Made by a program: the position numbers and the translations under genes. The notes beneath the pieces are model-generated. The model was not told the DNA's origin, did no database searches, and saw only the letters and a program-made list of their open reading frames with translations. From an uncultured Candidatus Saccharibacteria bacterium (GTDB lineage Bacteria; Patescibacteriota; Minisyncoccia; Phycocordibacterales; Zambryskibacteraceae), in NCBI GenBank assembly GCA_964504255.1, contig CAZDDU010000001.1, positions 99,512 to 163,511 of the forward strand: a stretch of DNA of 64,000 nucleotides, written 5' to 3'. Positions 38,674-51,317 of this stretch are shown here, one piece after another. How positions within the stretch are numbered: position 1 is the stretch's first letter; each line of letters starts with the position of its first letter.

Positions 38674-39222
38674 ATGAGGAACTCTACTGCTTTACTCCTA
38701 CTCTTGATCTCAGTTGTAGTGGTTTATGCAGTGGGTTTCCCTTACTACGACAAGATTATGATTCTCAGGAATCAGTCTAGCCAGTACAAGGAATCACTAG
38801 AAAAGGTTGATGTTTTAATCAAGACAAGGAACGATCTTGAGGCTAAGTATAAGAACATGCCTCAAGATGAGATCGCTAAATTGGAGAAGGTGTTGCCCGA
38901 CAATGTTGATACCGTTAACTTGGCGGTAAACTTTGACTCCATTGCTGCCAAGTACGGCATCTCTATCAAAAAGATAAGTACAGTAGACAGCGTCGATCAA
39001 TCTGGTGCAGCTATTATACAAGACACCACCGGTGGGGCTTACAAGCCAGTGACAGTGGTCTTCTCCTTCACAGCGGCATATCAAGACTTCAGAGATTTTA
39101 TTGGTGATATCGAGCAGAGTCTTAGGATTACAGATATTAAGAGTGTCTCTTTCGAATCAAACGAAAAAGGTTTGTACGAATTTAGTCTAGCGGTGCAGAC
39201 TTATTGGCTAAAGACTAAATAA
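38674..39222 (+). CDS. pilO: PilO-like protein
   Basis: TM + coiled coil, Y..F..F...IE...R. Confidence 0.78.
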   Translation: MRNSTALLLLLISVVVVYAVGFPYYDKIMILRNQSSQYKESLEKVDVLIKTRNDLEAKYKNMPQDEIAKLEKVLPDNVDTVNLAVNFDSIAAKYGISIKKISTVDSVDQSGAAIIQDTTGGAYKPVTVVFSFTAAYQDFRDFIGDIEQSLRITDIKSVSFESNEKGLYEFSLAVQTYWLKTK

Positions 39223-39232
39223 ACTTAATACC

Positions 39233-39535
39233 ATGGACTTCTTCCACAAAAATCAAAAAATGATCCTCGTAGTGGTTCTCCTGGCGTGCGGATTCTACTT
39301 TTATAGCACCTACTTTAAGTCTGATGCAGCGCTCGTAGTAACTCAAAATGATATTACAGCTCAACAAGTAGGTGCTGAGGTTATAGAACTACAAAACAGA
39401 ATTAGCTCAGTTAATTTGCGACAAGGACTCTTTACCTCATCTCTGTATAACAAGCTTATTGATTTCTCGGTGCCAATACTAGAGCAACCAAGAGGGAGAA
39501 TTAATCCATTTGGACCAATAGTCTTTGGTGAATAA
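39233..39535 (+). CDS. Small pilus-operon protein
   Basis: TM and GRINPF motif. Confidence 0.7.
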   Translation: MDFFHKNQKMILVVVLLACGFYFYSTYFKSDAALVVTQNDITAQQVGAEVIELQNRISSVNLRQGLFTSSLYNKLIDFSVPILEQPRGRINPFGPIVFGE

Positions 39536-39547
39536 AGTTAGTTCCTA

Positions 39548-41272
39548 ATGACAATACTTGATGTACTAAAGGATAAGAAGGTGATCAAGGCAACAGACGT
39601 TGCCTCAATCGAAGAAGAGGCTAAGAGCACTGGCCTTTCTTTAGAGCAGGTGCTCGTGGGCCGTGGTGTACCTCCACAGAGGATTCTTGAGGCCAAGGGT
39701 GCCGAGCTCGAGATACCTACAAGGAGTCTGAAGAATGTCTCAGTACCTTCGAAAATGCTCGAATATATTTCGGAAGAGAGTGCTGAGCACTACAAGGTGG
39801 TGCCTATAGGCACTAAGGACGGAGTACTCGAGATTGGTGTGGTTGACCCAGACGACATTGAGGCTAGAGACGCACTCAACTTTATCTCGTCCAAGGCGGG
39901 GATGCCCTACAAACTATTTTTAATAACTGAAGAGGATTTCGACAGAGTTTTTGCTCAGTACAAAGGGCTTTCAAGTGAGGTGACTCAAGCGCTCTCGGAG
40001 CTCGATAGTGAGCTCACCCAGAGAGAGAATGTCATTCTAGAAAAGACAGATAAGGAGAAGGAGGCTCAACAAGATAGAGAGGCTAAGATTGTCGAGGATG
40101 CACCGGTGACGAAGATCGTGGCTACTATACTTTCGTACGCTGCTGAGGGAGCGGCTTCGGATGTGCATATCGAGCCCCTCCACGAGACAGTTCGAGTCCG
40201 CTTCCGTGTAGATGGAGTTCTTAACACCTCGCTTACTCTCCCTATCAAGGTTCACTCAGCGGTAGTGGCACGCATAAAGATTCTTTCTAACATGCGTTTA
40301 GACGAGAAGAGGAAGCCTCAAGACGGTCGCTTCTCTGCCAAGGTTGATGACAGGCGTATCGACTTCCGTGTTTCGACATTCCCAACAACTTTCGGCGAGA
40401 AGGTGGTGATGAGAATTCTTGACCAGTCTAAGGGAGTGAAGACTTTAAATGATTTAGGGTTATCTCCTGAAAACATGCAACTTATTAAGGATGCTATTGA
40501 TCGTCCTTATGGCCTTATTCTCATCTCTGGTCCTACCGGAAGTGGTAAGTCGACAACTCTTTATGCCATGCTAAACGAGCTCGATAAGGACCATGAGAAC
40601 GTGCTCTCGCTTGAAGACCCGGTCGAGTACAATATGGAGGGTGTGAGTCAGTCGCAGGTTCAGCCAGAGATTGATTACACCTTTGCCACCGGACTACGCA
40701 CTACTCTTCGCCAAGACCCAGATGTGATCATGGTTGGAGAGATCCGCGACAAGGAGACAGCCCAGCTTGCTATCCAGGCGGCACTTACAGGCCACCTTGT
40801 GCTCTCTACTATCCACACCAACAATGCTATCGGTGTGATCCCTAGACTTATCGACATGGGTGTTGACCCATACCTTATCGCACCAACTCTTGTCCTAGCT
40901 ATGGCTCAGAGACTGGTATCTAAACTAGTAGATGGTGGTGGTAAGCCAGTGCCCGTATCTGAAAGCATGAAGCTCATGATGGAGAAGCAGTTCGCTGACC
41001 TACCTGCCGAGTTCAGGAAGAAGATTCCAACAGGCAAGGAGTTCTATGAGGCAGCGCCAACTCCAGAGAGTGTAACAGGAGTATCCGGTCGAGTAGCCGT
41101 CATGGAGGTGCTCTCAATGGATAAGGATATAGAACAAGTGCTTTTAAAGAATCCAACAGAAATAGAGCTCTTTAAGATGGCAAGGTCTAAGGGCATGCTA
41201 ACCATGAAGGAGGACGCTATCATCAAAGCCTTTGGCAGAATGATTCCTTTCGAAGAAGTAAATACGCTATAA
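39548..41272 (+). CDS. pilB: Type IV pilus assembly ATPase (PilB/GspE)
   Basis: GPTGSGKSTT, LRQDPDVIMVGEIRD, TGHLVLSTIHTN. Confidence 0.93.
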   Translation: MTILDVLKDKKVIKATDVASIEEEAKSTGLSLEQVLVGRGVPPQRILEAKGAELEIPTRSLKNVSVPSKMLEYISEESAEHYKVVPIGTKDGVLEIGVVDPDDIEARDALNFISSKAGMPYKLFLITEEDFDRVFAQYKGLSSEVTQALSELDSELTQRENVILEKTDKEKEAQQDREAKIVEDAPVTKIVATILSYAAEGAASDVHIEPLHETVRVRFRVDGVLNTSLTLPIKVHSAVVARIKILSNMRLDEKRKPQDGRFSAKVDDRRIDFRVSTFPTTFGEKVVMRILDQSKGVKTLNDLGLSPENMQLIKDAIDRPYGLILISGPTGSGKSTTLYAMLNELDKDHENVLSLEDPVEYNMEGVSQSQVQPEIDYTFATGLRTTLRQDPDVIMVGEIRDKETAQLAIQAALTGHLVLSTIHTNNAIGVIPRLIDMGVDPYLIAPTLVLAMAQRLVSKLVDGGGKPVPVSESMKLMMEKQFADLPAEFRKKIPTGKEFYEAAPTPESVTGVSGRVAVMEVLSMDKDIEQVLLKNPTEIELFKMARSKGMLTMKEDAIIKAFGRMIPFEEVNTL

Positions 41273-41279
41273 TATAAAT

Positions 41280-41666
41280 ATGAAAAAGCCATACACAGTA
41301 CTCTTGGTCGATGACGATAAGTTCCTCCTCGGAATGTACCAAAAGAAGTTTGATAAGCTTGGCGCTAAGTCTGAGATGTCTGCAGTGCCAGAAGAGGCTC
41401 TTAATAAGTTACGAGAGGGTGCCAAGTACGACATAGTTGTCCTAGATGTCATTATGCCAGGTATGGATGGACTAGAACTTTTGAAGAAAATTCGTGAGGA
41501 GAAGCTTGGTGAGGGTTCGATCTTTATCATGTTAACGAACGAGAATACCTCAACCAGGATCGAGGAGGCCAAAGCCTTAGGTGTTGCAGGCTATATCGTT
41601 AAGGCCACCTCAATACCATCTGAGGTTGCAGAAGAAATTATCAAGATTGCTGATGCAGAGAATTAA
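41280..41666 (+). CDS. Single-domain response regulator
   Basis: LLVDDD, LDVIMPGMDG, YIVK. Confidence 0.9.
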   Translation: MKKPYTVLLVDDDKFLLGMYQKKFDKLGAKSEMSAVPEEALNKLREGAKYDIVVLDVIMPGMDGLELLKKIREEKLGEGSIFIMLTNENTSTRIEEAKALGVAGYIVKATSIPSEVAEEIIKIADAEN

Positions 41667-41669
41667 TCT

Positions 41670-42734
41670 ATGGTCGCATCTCACTCACTCTTAGACGAGT
41701 TGGTAGATATTGTGAACAAGGAGGGTGCATCAGACCTCCATATTGCTGAAGGTAGGAAGCCTATTATTCGTGTATCGAGCTTCCTCATCCCACTTGAGAA
41801 GTATCCTGCTATGACCGTTGAGGATGTTAAGGGCTTTTTCAATATCTTTCTCACACCTGAGAACTTGAAGGAGTTTGATATGAAGCAGGAAGCTAACTTT
41901 GCCTATGCTCACAAGAATGGTTCTCGCTTCCGAGGCAACGCCTTTGAGACGGTGGGCAAGCGTGCTATTGCACTTCGCCTTATTCCGACGAGGATCAGGA
42001 CCTTCGAAGAATTAAATTTGCCAAATATTTTGAGCCACTTCACTTCTAAGCAACAAGGATTCTTCCTTGTGGTAGGTCCAGCGGGTCAGGGTAAGTCCAC
42101 AACGCTTGCAAGCATGATCGAGCTTATCAACAACGACAGACTCGAGCACATCGTGACTATCGAAGATCCTATTGAGTTTCTCTTTGAGCCAAAGAAGTCA
42201 ATGATCGACCAAAGAGAGGTGAAGACTGACACTCCAGACTTCCACACAGCACTTTGGGGCATTTTCCGTCAGGATGCAGATGTCATCATGGTTGGAGAGA
42301 TGCGCGAGCCTCATACTATTGCGACTGCTGTAACGGCAGCTGAGACTGGTCACCTTGTGCTCTCCACCCTCCACACCAACACGGCAGCTCAAACTGTGGA
42401 CCGCATTATTGACTCCTTCCCAGCAGAGAGTCAGGATCAGATTCGTTACCAACTTTCTAGCTCACTCCTCGGCATTTTCTCTCAGAGACTCTTGCCTCGT
42501 ATTAAAGGAGGTCTCATCCCAGCTTATGAACTTCTCATCAACAATACCGCTGTGTCTAATCTTATAAGAGAGAAGCGCACCCACGAACTAAATTCAATTA
42601 TCGAGACCTCAAGTGAGGAGGGGATGATCGACTTCAATCGCTCACTTGGAGAGTTGGTTAGACTCGGTGAGATTACACCAGAGAATGCCTTCCAATACTC
42701 TACAAACCCAAGGTCACTAGAACGCATGATTTAA
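41670..42734 (+). CDS. pilT: Type IV pilus retraction ATPase
   Basis: ASDLH, GPAGQGKSTT, AAETGHLV, VSNLIRE. Confidence 0.93.
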   Translation: MVASHSLLDELVDIVNKEGASDLHIAEGRKPIIRVSSFLIPLEKYPAMTVEDVKGFFNIFLTPENLKEFDMKQEANFAYAHKNGSRFRGNAFETVGKRAIALRLIPTRIRTFEELNLPNILSHFTSKQQGFFLVVGPAGQGKSTTLASMIELINNDRLEHIVTIEDPIEFLFEPKKSMIDQREVKTDTPDFHTALWGIFRQDADVIMVGEMREPHTIATAVTAAETGHLVLSTLHTNTAAQTVDRIIDSFPAESQDQIRYQLSSSLLGIFSQRLLPRIKGGLIPAYELLINNTAVSNLIREKRTHELNSIIETSSEEGMIDFNRSLGELVRLGEITPENAFQYSTNPRSLERMI

Positions 42735-42741
42735 TAAAGCA

Positions 42742-43950
42742 ATGTTATACAACTACAAAGCACTAGAGCAGTCAGGGTTACAGAAGGAGGGATCTATTGA
42801 CGCAGTCTCGCTTGAGGTTGCAATAGATAGTTTGCAGAAGAGAGGATTAATTATTGCTTCGATAGACGAGGATGACAAGGAGCCTTGGTACTCTAAGCTC
42901 ACCATTGGAGCGAAGGTGAAGAACAAGGACATTGTGATCCTAAGTAGGCAGATCTCGACACTTTTCGGAGCATCAGTTTCAGCTCTCAAAATTTTCTCTC
43001 TCCTCTCAGCGGAGATAGAGAATATCCATCTTCGCAAAAGCATGGTCGAAATTGCGGATGATCTCCAGGCTGGTAGTTCAATCTCCAAGGCTTTATCGAA
43101 GCATCCAGACATCTTTTCTGACTTCTATGTGAACATGGTCAAGGCGGGTGAGGAAACTGGTAAGCTTAATGAGACCTTCGACTATCTCGCTGACCACTTG
43201 GACAGGAATTATGAGGTTGTCTCGAAGGCTAAGAACGCTTTGATCTACCCAATTTTCGTGATCGGAGTATTCGTAGCGGTGATGGTTCTTATGTTCACTC
43301 TTATTATTCCTAAGATATCGGTCATTCTACTTGATTCAGGTCAACCGGTGCCTATCTACACAGCTATTGTATTCGGTATCTCCGACTTTATTATTGATTA
43401 TGGAGTGATATTACTAGTTTTCTTGGTTATTATGGTTTTTGTGCTTATACGATACCTAGGCACTCCTGATGGCAAGAGAGCTCTGGGCCGATTCAAGCTA
43501 GAAGTGCCTTATGTGGGGGACTTGTATCAGAAGCTCTATCTCTCTGTTATATCAGACAACTTGGCCACGATGATCTTATCGGGTATACCTATGGTTCGAG
43601 CAATTGAGGTGACAGCGAACGTGGTGGGGAATGATATTTATAAGACAATACTCTCAGACAGCGGAGTGTCGGTGAAGAGCGGCAGCTCACTATCTCAATC
43701 TCTTATGCAGTATGAGGAGGTGCCATCTATACTCACTCAAGTGATCAAGGTGGGGGAGGAGTCGGGAGAGTTGGGTGAGATTCTTAAGACCATGGCCAAG
43801 TTCTACCAAAGAGAGGTTATCAATGCGGTGGATACCCTAGTTTCACTTATTGAGCCAGTGATGATCGTGGCGCTTGGCTTGGGGGTTGGAATACTACTTG
43901 CATCAGTGCTTATCCCCATCTACAATATTGCTAACACCGCAGGCGTTTAG
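42742..43950 (+). CDS. pilC: Type II secretion F / PilC platform protein
   Basis: AGEETGKL, ALIYP, GEESGEL, LIEP. Confidence 0.93.
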   Translation: MLYNYKALEQSGLQKEGSIDAVSLEVAIDSLQKRGLIIASIDEDDKEPWYSKLTIGAKVKNKDIVILSRQISTLFGASVSALKIFSLLSAEIENIHLRKSMVEIADDLQAGSSISKALSKHPDIFSDFYVNMVKAGEETGKLNETFDYLADHLDRNYEVVSKAKNALIYPIFVIGVFVAVMVLMFTLIIPKISVILLDSGQPVPIYTAIVFGISDFIIDYGVILLVFLVIMVFVLIRYLGTPDGKRALGRFKLEVPYVGDLYQKLYLSVISDNLATMILSGIPMVRAIEVTANVVGNDIYKTILSDSGVSVKSGSSLSQSLMQYEEVPSILTQVIKVGEESGELGEILKTMAKFYQREVINAVDTLVSLIEPVMIVALGLGVGILLASVLIPIYNIANTAGV

Positions 43951-43993
43951 GCTAAGGTGTATAATGAGTGGGTATTAAAAATTTATAATTTAC

Positions 43994-44461
43994 ATGCTTA
44001 AAAGGACAACAAAAGGCTTTACCCTCATCGAACTCTTGGTGGTTATTGCCATCATCGGTATCTTGAGTTCAGTCGTGCTCGCATCGCTTAACAGTGCCAG
44101 AACAAAGGCAAATGACTCAAAGGTTAAGGCTCAGCTTGCTACCTTGAGAGCTTCTGCAGAACTTTACTACGACAACAACAACAGTTCTTACGGAGTAGCA
44201 GTCAGCATGGCGGCTCCAGCTTCTGTTTGTGCTGGTCCTGGTATGTTCCTCGACACTACATCAGGTATGGCTAACTTGACCAACAACTCGGCAGCATGGC
44301 CATCAGGTACATTACTTAGTTGCCAAGTTACCGCAACTTCCCCAGTGGGTTATGCAGTGTCTGCAAACCTATCTACAGCTGGCACCTTCTGGTGTGTCGA
44401 CAGCTCTGGTAAGTCAGCATCTACCAGTGCCCAGCAAGCTTCTGGTGACATTACTTGCTAG
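43994..44461 (+). CDS. Type IV pilin 1
   Basis: GFTLIELLVVIAIIGIL; WCVDS. Confidence 0.93.
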   Translation: MLKRTTKGFTLIELLVVIAIIGILSSVVLASLNSARTKANDSKVKAQLATLRASAELYYDNNNSSYGVAVSMAAPASVCAGPGMFLDTTSGMANLTNNSAAWPSGTLLSCQVTATSPVGYAVSANLSTAGTFWCVDSSGKSASTSAQQASGDITC

Positions 44462-44484
44462 TTTTTAAACCGCAAGGATAATAC

Positions 44485-44513
44485 AAAAAAGCTCGGGTAA
44501 CCGAGCTTTTTTG
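44485..44513. terminator. Intrinsic terminator after pilin 1
   Basis: caaaaaagctcgg-gtaa-ccgagcttttttg. Confidence 0.85.
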
Positions 44514-44586
44514 TATGTGTGGATTAATACTGGATGAAGATCTGAAATTAGAGGTATAATTATATGGTAATAATTTTTTAATTTAC

Positions 44587-45042
44587 ATGCTTAAAAGGAC
44601 AACAAAAGGCTTCACACTTATTGAACTTCTAGTGGTGATCGCAATTATCGGAATCCTCAGTTCCGTCGTGCTCGCATCACTTAACGCTGCACGAGGCAAG
44701 AGTCAAAATGCCAAGATCAAGGCTCAGCTAGCAAACGCTAGATCATCTGCTGAGATTTACTACGACAACAATGGTAGTTCCTATAATGGTACAGCAGGGG
44801 ACGTGAGCGGTGATTGCACTACAGCAGATAGTATGTTCGTTGATGGTAACAGCAACATGGCTTCTTTCACCGATCCGGCTAATTATCCAAACACACCAAC
44901 TATTACTTGTTACTCAACTCTTGATGCGTATGCTGTATCTGCACCTCTTTATGTAGACGACAATGGTAATAACGAGTGGTGTGTTGACTCAACGGGTACC
45001 TCGATGGGTAGAGTTGGACCTATTACATCAACATCATGCTAA
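44587..45042 (+). CDS. Type IV pilin 2
   Basis: GFTLIELL; WCVDS. Confidence 0.93.
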   Translation: MLKRTTKGFTLIELLVVIAIIGILSSVVLASLNAARGKSQNAKIKAQLANARSSAEIYYDNNGSSYNGTAGDVSGDCTTADSMFVDGNSNMASFTDPANYPNTPTITCYSTLDAYAVSAPLYVDDNGNNEWCVDSTGTSMGRVGPITSTSC

Positions 45043-45539
45043 GCACTAGGCAAAGGGGCTTCACTCTTATAGAGCTTCTGGTGGTGATAGCAATTATTGG
45101 TGTGCTTAGTTCTGTGGTACTTGCATCACTCAATGCTGCTAGAAGTAAGGCAAATAATTCTAAGGTAAAGGCACAATTAGCTACGGTTAGAGCCGCTGCT
45201 GAGATTTACTACGATAATAACAATAGTTCTTATGCACCAGCAGTTACTGGAATGGTGTCTGCTCCTGCTTGTACTGCGGGTGCGCCGGTAAACGGAGGGG
45301 GAATGTTTGTTGATGTTAACTCCGGTATGAACACTTTGACGGGAACAGCTGGCTCTTGGCCCACAAACACCAGCATGAGATGTTATTCTACGGCACAGGC
45401 TTACTCTGTCTCAGCAACCTTGCCAGTTGCAGAAGTTGTAGGTGCCAATACTTATACAATCTGGTGTGTAGACAGTAGTGGTAGATCTATGGGTAGAACC
45501 GCACTACAGGGTCATGTTACTGCAGCAACATGCTTATAA
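45036..45539 (+). CDS. Type IV pilin 3
   Basis: GFTLIELL; WCVDS. Confidence 0.93.
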   Translation: MLSTRQRGFTLIELLVVIAIIGVLSSVVLASLNAARSKANNSKVKAQLATVRAAAEIYYDNNNSSYAPAVTGMVSAPACTAGAPVNGGGMFVDVNSGMNTLTGTAGSWPTNTSMRCYSTAQAYSVSATLPVAEVVGANTYTIWCVDSSGRSMGRTALQGHVTAATCL

Positions 45540-45568
45540 ATTATTAGTTAATGTATACTAGAGTGACC

Positions 45569-46042
45569 ATGACAAAGACAAGGCAACAAGGCTTCACACT
45601 TATTGAACTTCTAGTGGTGATCGCAATTATCGGAATCCTCAGTTCCGTCGTGCTCGCATCACTTAATAGTGCCAGAGCCAAAGCTAATAATTCTAAGGTG
45701 AAGGCTCAACTCTCAAGTATCAGAGCATCTGCAGAGCTTTTCTACGATAGCAACAATAGTGCTTATGTCGCATCAAACATGGGCACAGAGCAGTCTGCAT
45801 GTACGGGGACGATGTTCTTCGACACAGCATCACCTGTCTCTACAATAACCGGTAATTCTCAGGTTTGGCCAGGCAATGTCCTACTTAGCTGTCAGGCAAC
45901 TGACAGTGCATACGCAGTTTCAGCATCTTTACCTGTAGCAGAGGGTGTCGGAGGCACTATAACTCACTGGTGTATAGATAGTTCGGGTAGATCTATGGGG
46001 ATCACCAGTGCTCTCGCAAGTAATGATGTTAGTTGTAACTAA
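45569..46042 (+). CDS. Type IV pilin 4
   Basis: GFTLIELL; WCIDS. Confidence 0.93.
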   Translation: MTKTRQQGFTLIELLVVIAIIGILSSVVLASLNSARAKANNSKVKAQLSSIRASAELFYDSNNSAYVASNMGTEQSACTGTMFFDTASPVSTITGNSQVWPGNVLLSCQATDSAYAVSASLPVAEGVGGTITHWCIDSSGRSMGITSALASNDVSCN

Positions 46043-46055
46043 CTAATTCTTTAGT

Positions 46056-46799
46056 TTGGCTTTATTTATCTTTATCTTAGGCACAATAGTAGGCAGCTTC
46101 TTGAATGTGGTCGGGTTGAGGTTTAGGAGTAGTCTGACCCTTGGGGGCAGATCCTTTTGTCCAACATGTAGTAAGACCCTTAAGTGGTATGAGCTTGTAC
46201 CTGTATTTAGCTTCCTCATTCTCCGTGGTAGGTGTAGCAAGTGTAAGTCACCGATCTCGGTGCAGTATCCCATGATTGAGCTTTGGACAGGTATTGTCTT
46301 TGTCTCTTTGTATTCTATCTTCGGTCTTACCACTTACTCTTTGCTACTTACAATAGTTTTCTGTATTTACACTGTTATTCTTATATATGATCTGAGGCAC
46401 AAGATAATTCCTGATTCTCTGGTCTATCTCTCTATTGGACTTAGTCTACTTGTTCCATTATTCCTCATTCCTTATTCTTTGATCGACTGGCTGACCGGAC
46501 CGATACTTTTCTCGGCTTTCGGTCTTATCTGGCTAGTGTCCAAGGGTCGAGCGCTCGGCTTTGGTGATGCAAAGCTGGCACTTTCTATAGGACTTCTTCT
46601 TGGTTCCTCACAGGGCTTCTCGGCTATTGCTTTAGCTTTCTGGATAGGGGCTGGACTCATGTTACCAGTGATGCTCTTTTCCCGAAAAGGCATTACAATG
46701 AAGAGCGAGATACCCTTCGCTCCATTCATGATTATTGGTGCCTGGGTCTCAATATTCTTTGGTTTTGATCTCTTTCATGTCCAAGCACTCATCAATTAA
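46056..46799 (+). CDS. pilD: Prepilin peptidase
   Basis: GSFLNV, two CxxC, GFGDAKL, IPFAPF. Confidence 0.93.
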   Translation: MALFIFILGTIVGSFLNVVGLRFRSSLTLGGRSFCPTCSKTLKWYELVPVFSFLILRGRCSKCKSPISVQYPMIELWTGIVFVSLYSIFGLTTYSLLLTIVFCIYTVILIYDLRHKIIPDSLVYLSIGLSLLVPLFLIPYSLIDWLTGPILFSAFGLIWLVSKGRALGFGDAKLALSIGLLLGSSQGFSAIALAFWIGAGLMLPVMLFSRKGITMKSEIPFAPFMIIGAWVSIFFGFDLFHVQALIN

Positions 46800-47460
46800 G
46801 GGTAAAAGAGGACTAACTGTGATGGAACTTCTTGTCTCTATCGCCATCATGATCATTATTAGCACCGTCATTGCCTCGAACCAGAAGCAGTTCGGTGCAG
46901 GTGCCGCACTTAAGAATATTGTGAATAACTTGAGCCTCTCTCTCAGACAAGCGCAGATCTACGGAGTCTCTGTTAAGCAGCTGTCTCCATCAAGTTCCCA
47001 GGCTTATACCACCACTGGATTCAATGCTGGATACGGTGTGCACTTTAGTATTAATCCATCATTTCCTACTGGGGACAATGGCTCATACCTATTTTTCCTC
47101 GATACTAAGCCGTCTCCCGTTACCGCGCCGAACGGTCTCTATCTTGGAGATATGAACTGTAACCCGATTGGAGGCACCCCAGCATCAGAGTGTTTGGATA
47201 AGGTAGTCTTGGGTCAGGGGCACACCATCACAGCGCTTTGTAGTGTTGAGAGTGGTTCGGAGAACTGCACCAATGAGCAGTTGGACATTACCTTCGTTAG
47301 GCCGGCAGTCGATGCTCAGATAAGGTTTAATAACACCGGTGTACTCACAGATACGGCTTGTATAGAGGTGACAGCCACAGATGGAAGAAAAAATTCTGTC
47401 GTGGTTTATACTACGGGACAAGTCTCTGTTAGAGGAACCTCATGTATAGACGCGCTATGA
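46777..47460 (+). CDS. Minor pilin (FimT/GspH-like)
   Basis: GLTVMELL prepilin motif. Confidence 0.8.
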   Translation: MSKHSSIKGKRGLTVMELLVSIAIMIIISTVIASNQKQFGAGAALKNIVNNLSLSLRQAQIYGVSVKQLSPSSSQAYTTTGFNAGYGVHFSINPSFPTGDNGSYLFFLDTKPSPVTAPNGLYLGDMNCNPIGGTPASECLDKVVLGQGHTITALCSVESGSENCTNEQLDITFVRPAVDAQIRFNNTGVLTDTACIEVTATDGRKNSVVVYTTGQVSVRGTSCIDAL

Positions 47461-48023
47461 TGAAGAAGGGCTTCACATTGATAGAGATAATGACGGCGGT
47501 GTCGATCTTTGCTGTTATTACTACAATATCTATGGGCTCAATACTTACGGTCTTTGATGTGAATAGGAAGTCTGAGTCTATCAAGACTGTGATGGATAAC
47601 CTGAACCTCGCTATCGAAAGCATGGCGCGCGAGATGCGCTTCGGCACCAACTATATTTGTAGTCCACTTTTGCCAATGTTAGACACCATAACCTCACCTC
47701 AATCATGTCCATCGGGTGATATCTCTGTAGCATTCTTGGCGACGGATGGAGTTACTAAGGTGGTTTATCGCCAAACTGGCTCAGGTGTAGGTATAGAGAA
47801 GTCTAAGGACGGAGGACAGAGCTTTGTGCCTGTCACCGCACCGGAGATCACTATCCAGGACCTGAAGTTTTTTGTAATAGGTGCACTGCCATCAGTGTCT
47901 GAGGGCTCACCACTACAACCTAAAGTACTTATCCGCATAAGAGGAGTGGCTGGGAGTAAGGCAGGGACGAAGACCGACTTCACCATTCAGACTTTGGTCT
48001 CGCAAAGAAGGCTTGATATATAA
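47457..48023 (+). CDS. Minor pilin (PilW-like)
   Basis: GFTLIEIM. Confidence 0.8.
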   Translation: MMKKGFTLIEIMTAVSIFAVITTISMGSILTVFDVNRKSESIKTVMDNLNLAIESMAREMRFGTNYICSPLLPMLDTITSPQSCPSGDISVAFLATDGVTKVVYRQTGSGVGIEKSKDGGQSFVPVTAPEITIQDLKFFVIGALPSVSEGSPLQPKVLIRIRGVAGSKAGTKTDFTIQTLVSQRRLDI

Positions 48024-48027
48024 AACA

Positions 48028-48566
48028 ATGTTTAAAAAATCCTTACACACAAATAGACAAGGCTTCACTCTAGTTGAGACTCTTATCGCTATATCAATAC
48101 TAGTCTTGGCGGTCACAGGAGCCTTCGCTGCTGCACACAATGGTATGATGTCTTCTTTGTACTCTAAAGATCAGGTGACAGCCTTCTACCTTGCACAAGA
48201 AGCAATAGAGCAAATAAGAAACCTACGGGATCAAAATGGTATTAGCGGTAATGCACAAGGTTGGCTTGCGGGTATAGCTAATGCAGGTGACCCATGCGCA
48301 GTGGGGAACGTCTGTTATGTGAATGCTTTGAGCTCGTCAGCTCCATTGATACAGTGTCCAGCAGTCTGTCCAAACTTACTCTTGAACTCAAATGGCTTCT
48401 ATAGTTATGACAATGGCACAACCACCAAGTTCAGAAGAGAGGTAACCATTACCTCGGTTGCTGGTAGTAGTGGAAATGAGATAGTAGTTCAAGCAAAAGT
48501 CTTTTGGTCTAAGGGGTTACTTGTAGACAAGAGCTTTACCGCGACAGAACATTTATTTAACTGGCA

Positions 48567-48570
<4 letters not shown>
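48028..48570 (+). CDS. Minor pilin (PilV-like)
   Basis: GFTLVETL; LAQEAIE.IRN.RD. Confidence 0.8.
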
Positions 48571-51034
<2,464 letters not shown>

Positions 51035-51038
51035 GTTT

Positions 51039-51317
51039 ATGAATAAAAGTGAGGTCCAAAAGCTGGCCAAGCTAGCTAGGGTTAGCATAAGCGACGAGGA
51101 AGCAGAGAGTCTCTCTCATGAATTCGAGAGCATTCTTAATTATGTCGGCGAGATCAAGAAGGCCAACATTTCTTCCTCTTTGTCACAGGACTTACTTATT
51201 AAGAACGTGATGAGGGAAGATACTGATCCACATGAGTCTGGGCTTTATACAGAGGCGATTTTAAGAGAGATGCCAAGTGCTGAAGGTCAGTACTTGAAAG
51301 TAAAGAAAATACTCTAG
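51039..51317 (+). CDS. gatC: Asp/Glu-tRNA amidotransferase subunit C
   Basis: LAKLAR, NVMRED; upstream of gatA. Confidence 0.9.
   Translation: MNKSEVQKLAKLARVSISDEEAESLSHEFESILNYVGEIKKANISSSLSQDLLIKNVMREDTDPHESGLYTEAILREMPSAEGQYLKVKKIL

Noticed and set aside
43994-46042. Shufflon or DGR acting on pilins
   Set aside because: All copies co-oriented, no invertase or reverse transcriptase in the window, no adenine-specific variable/template repeat pair seen
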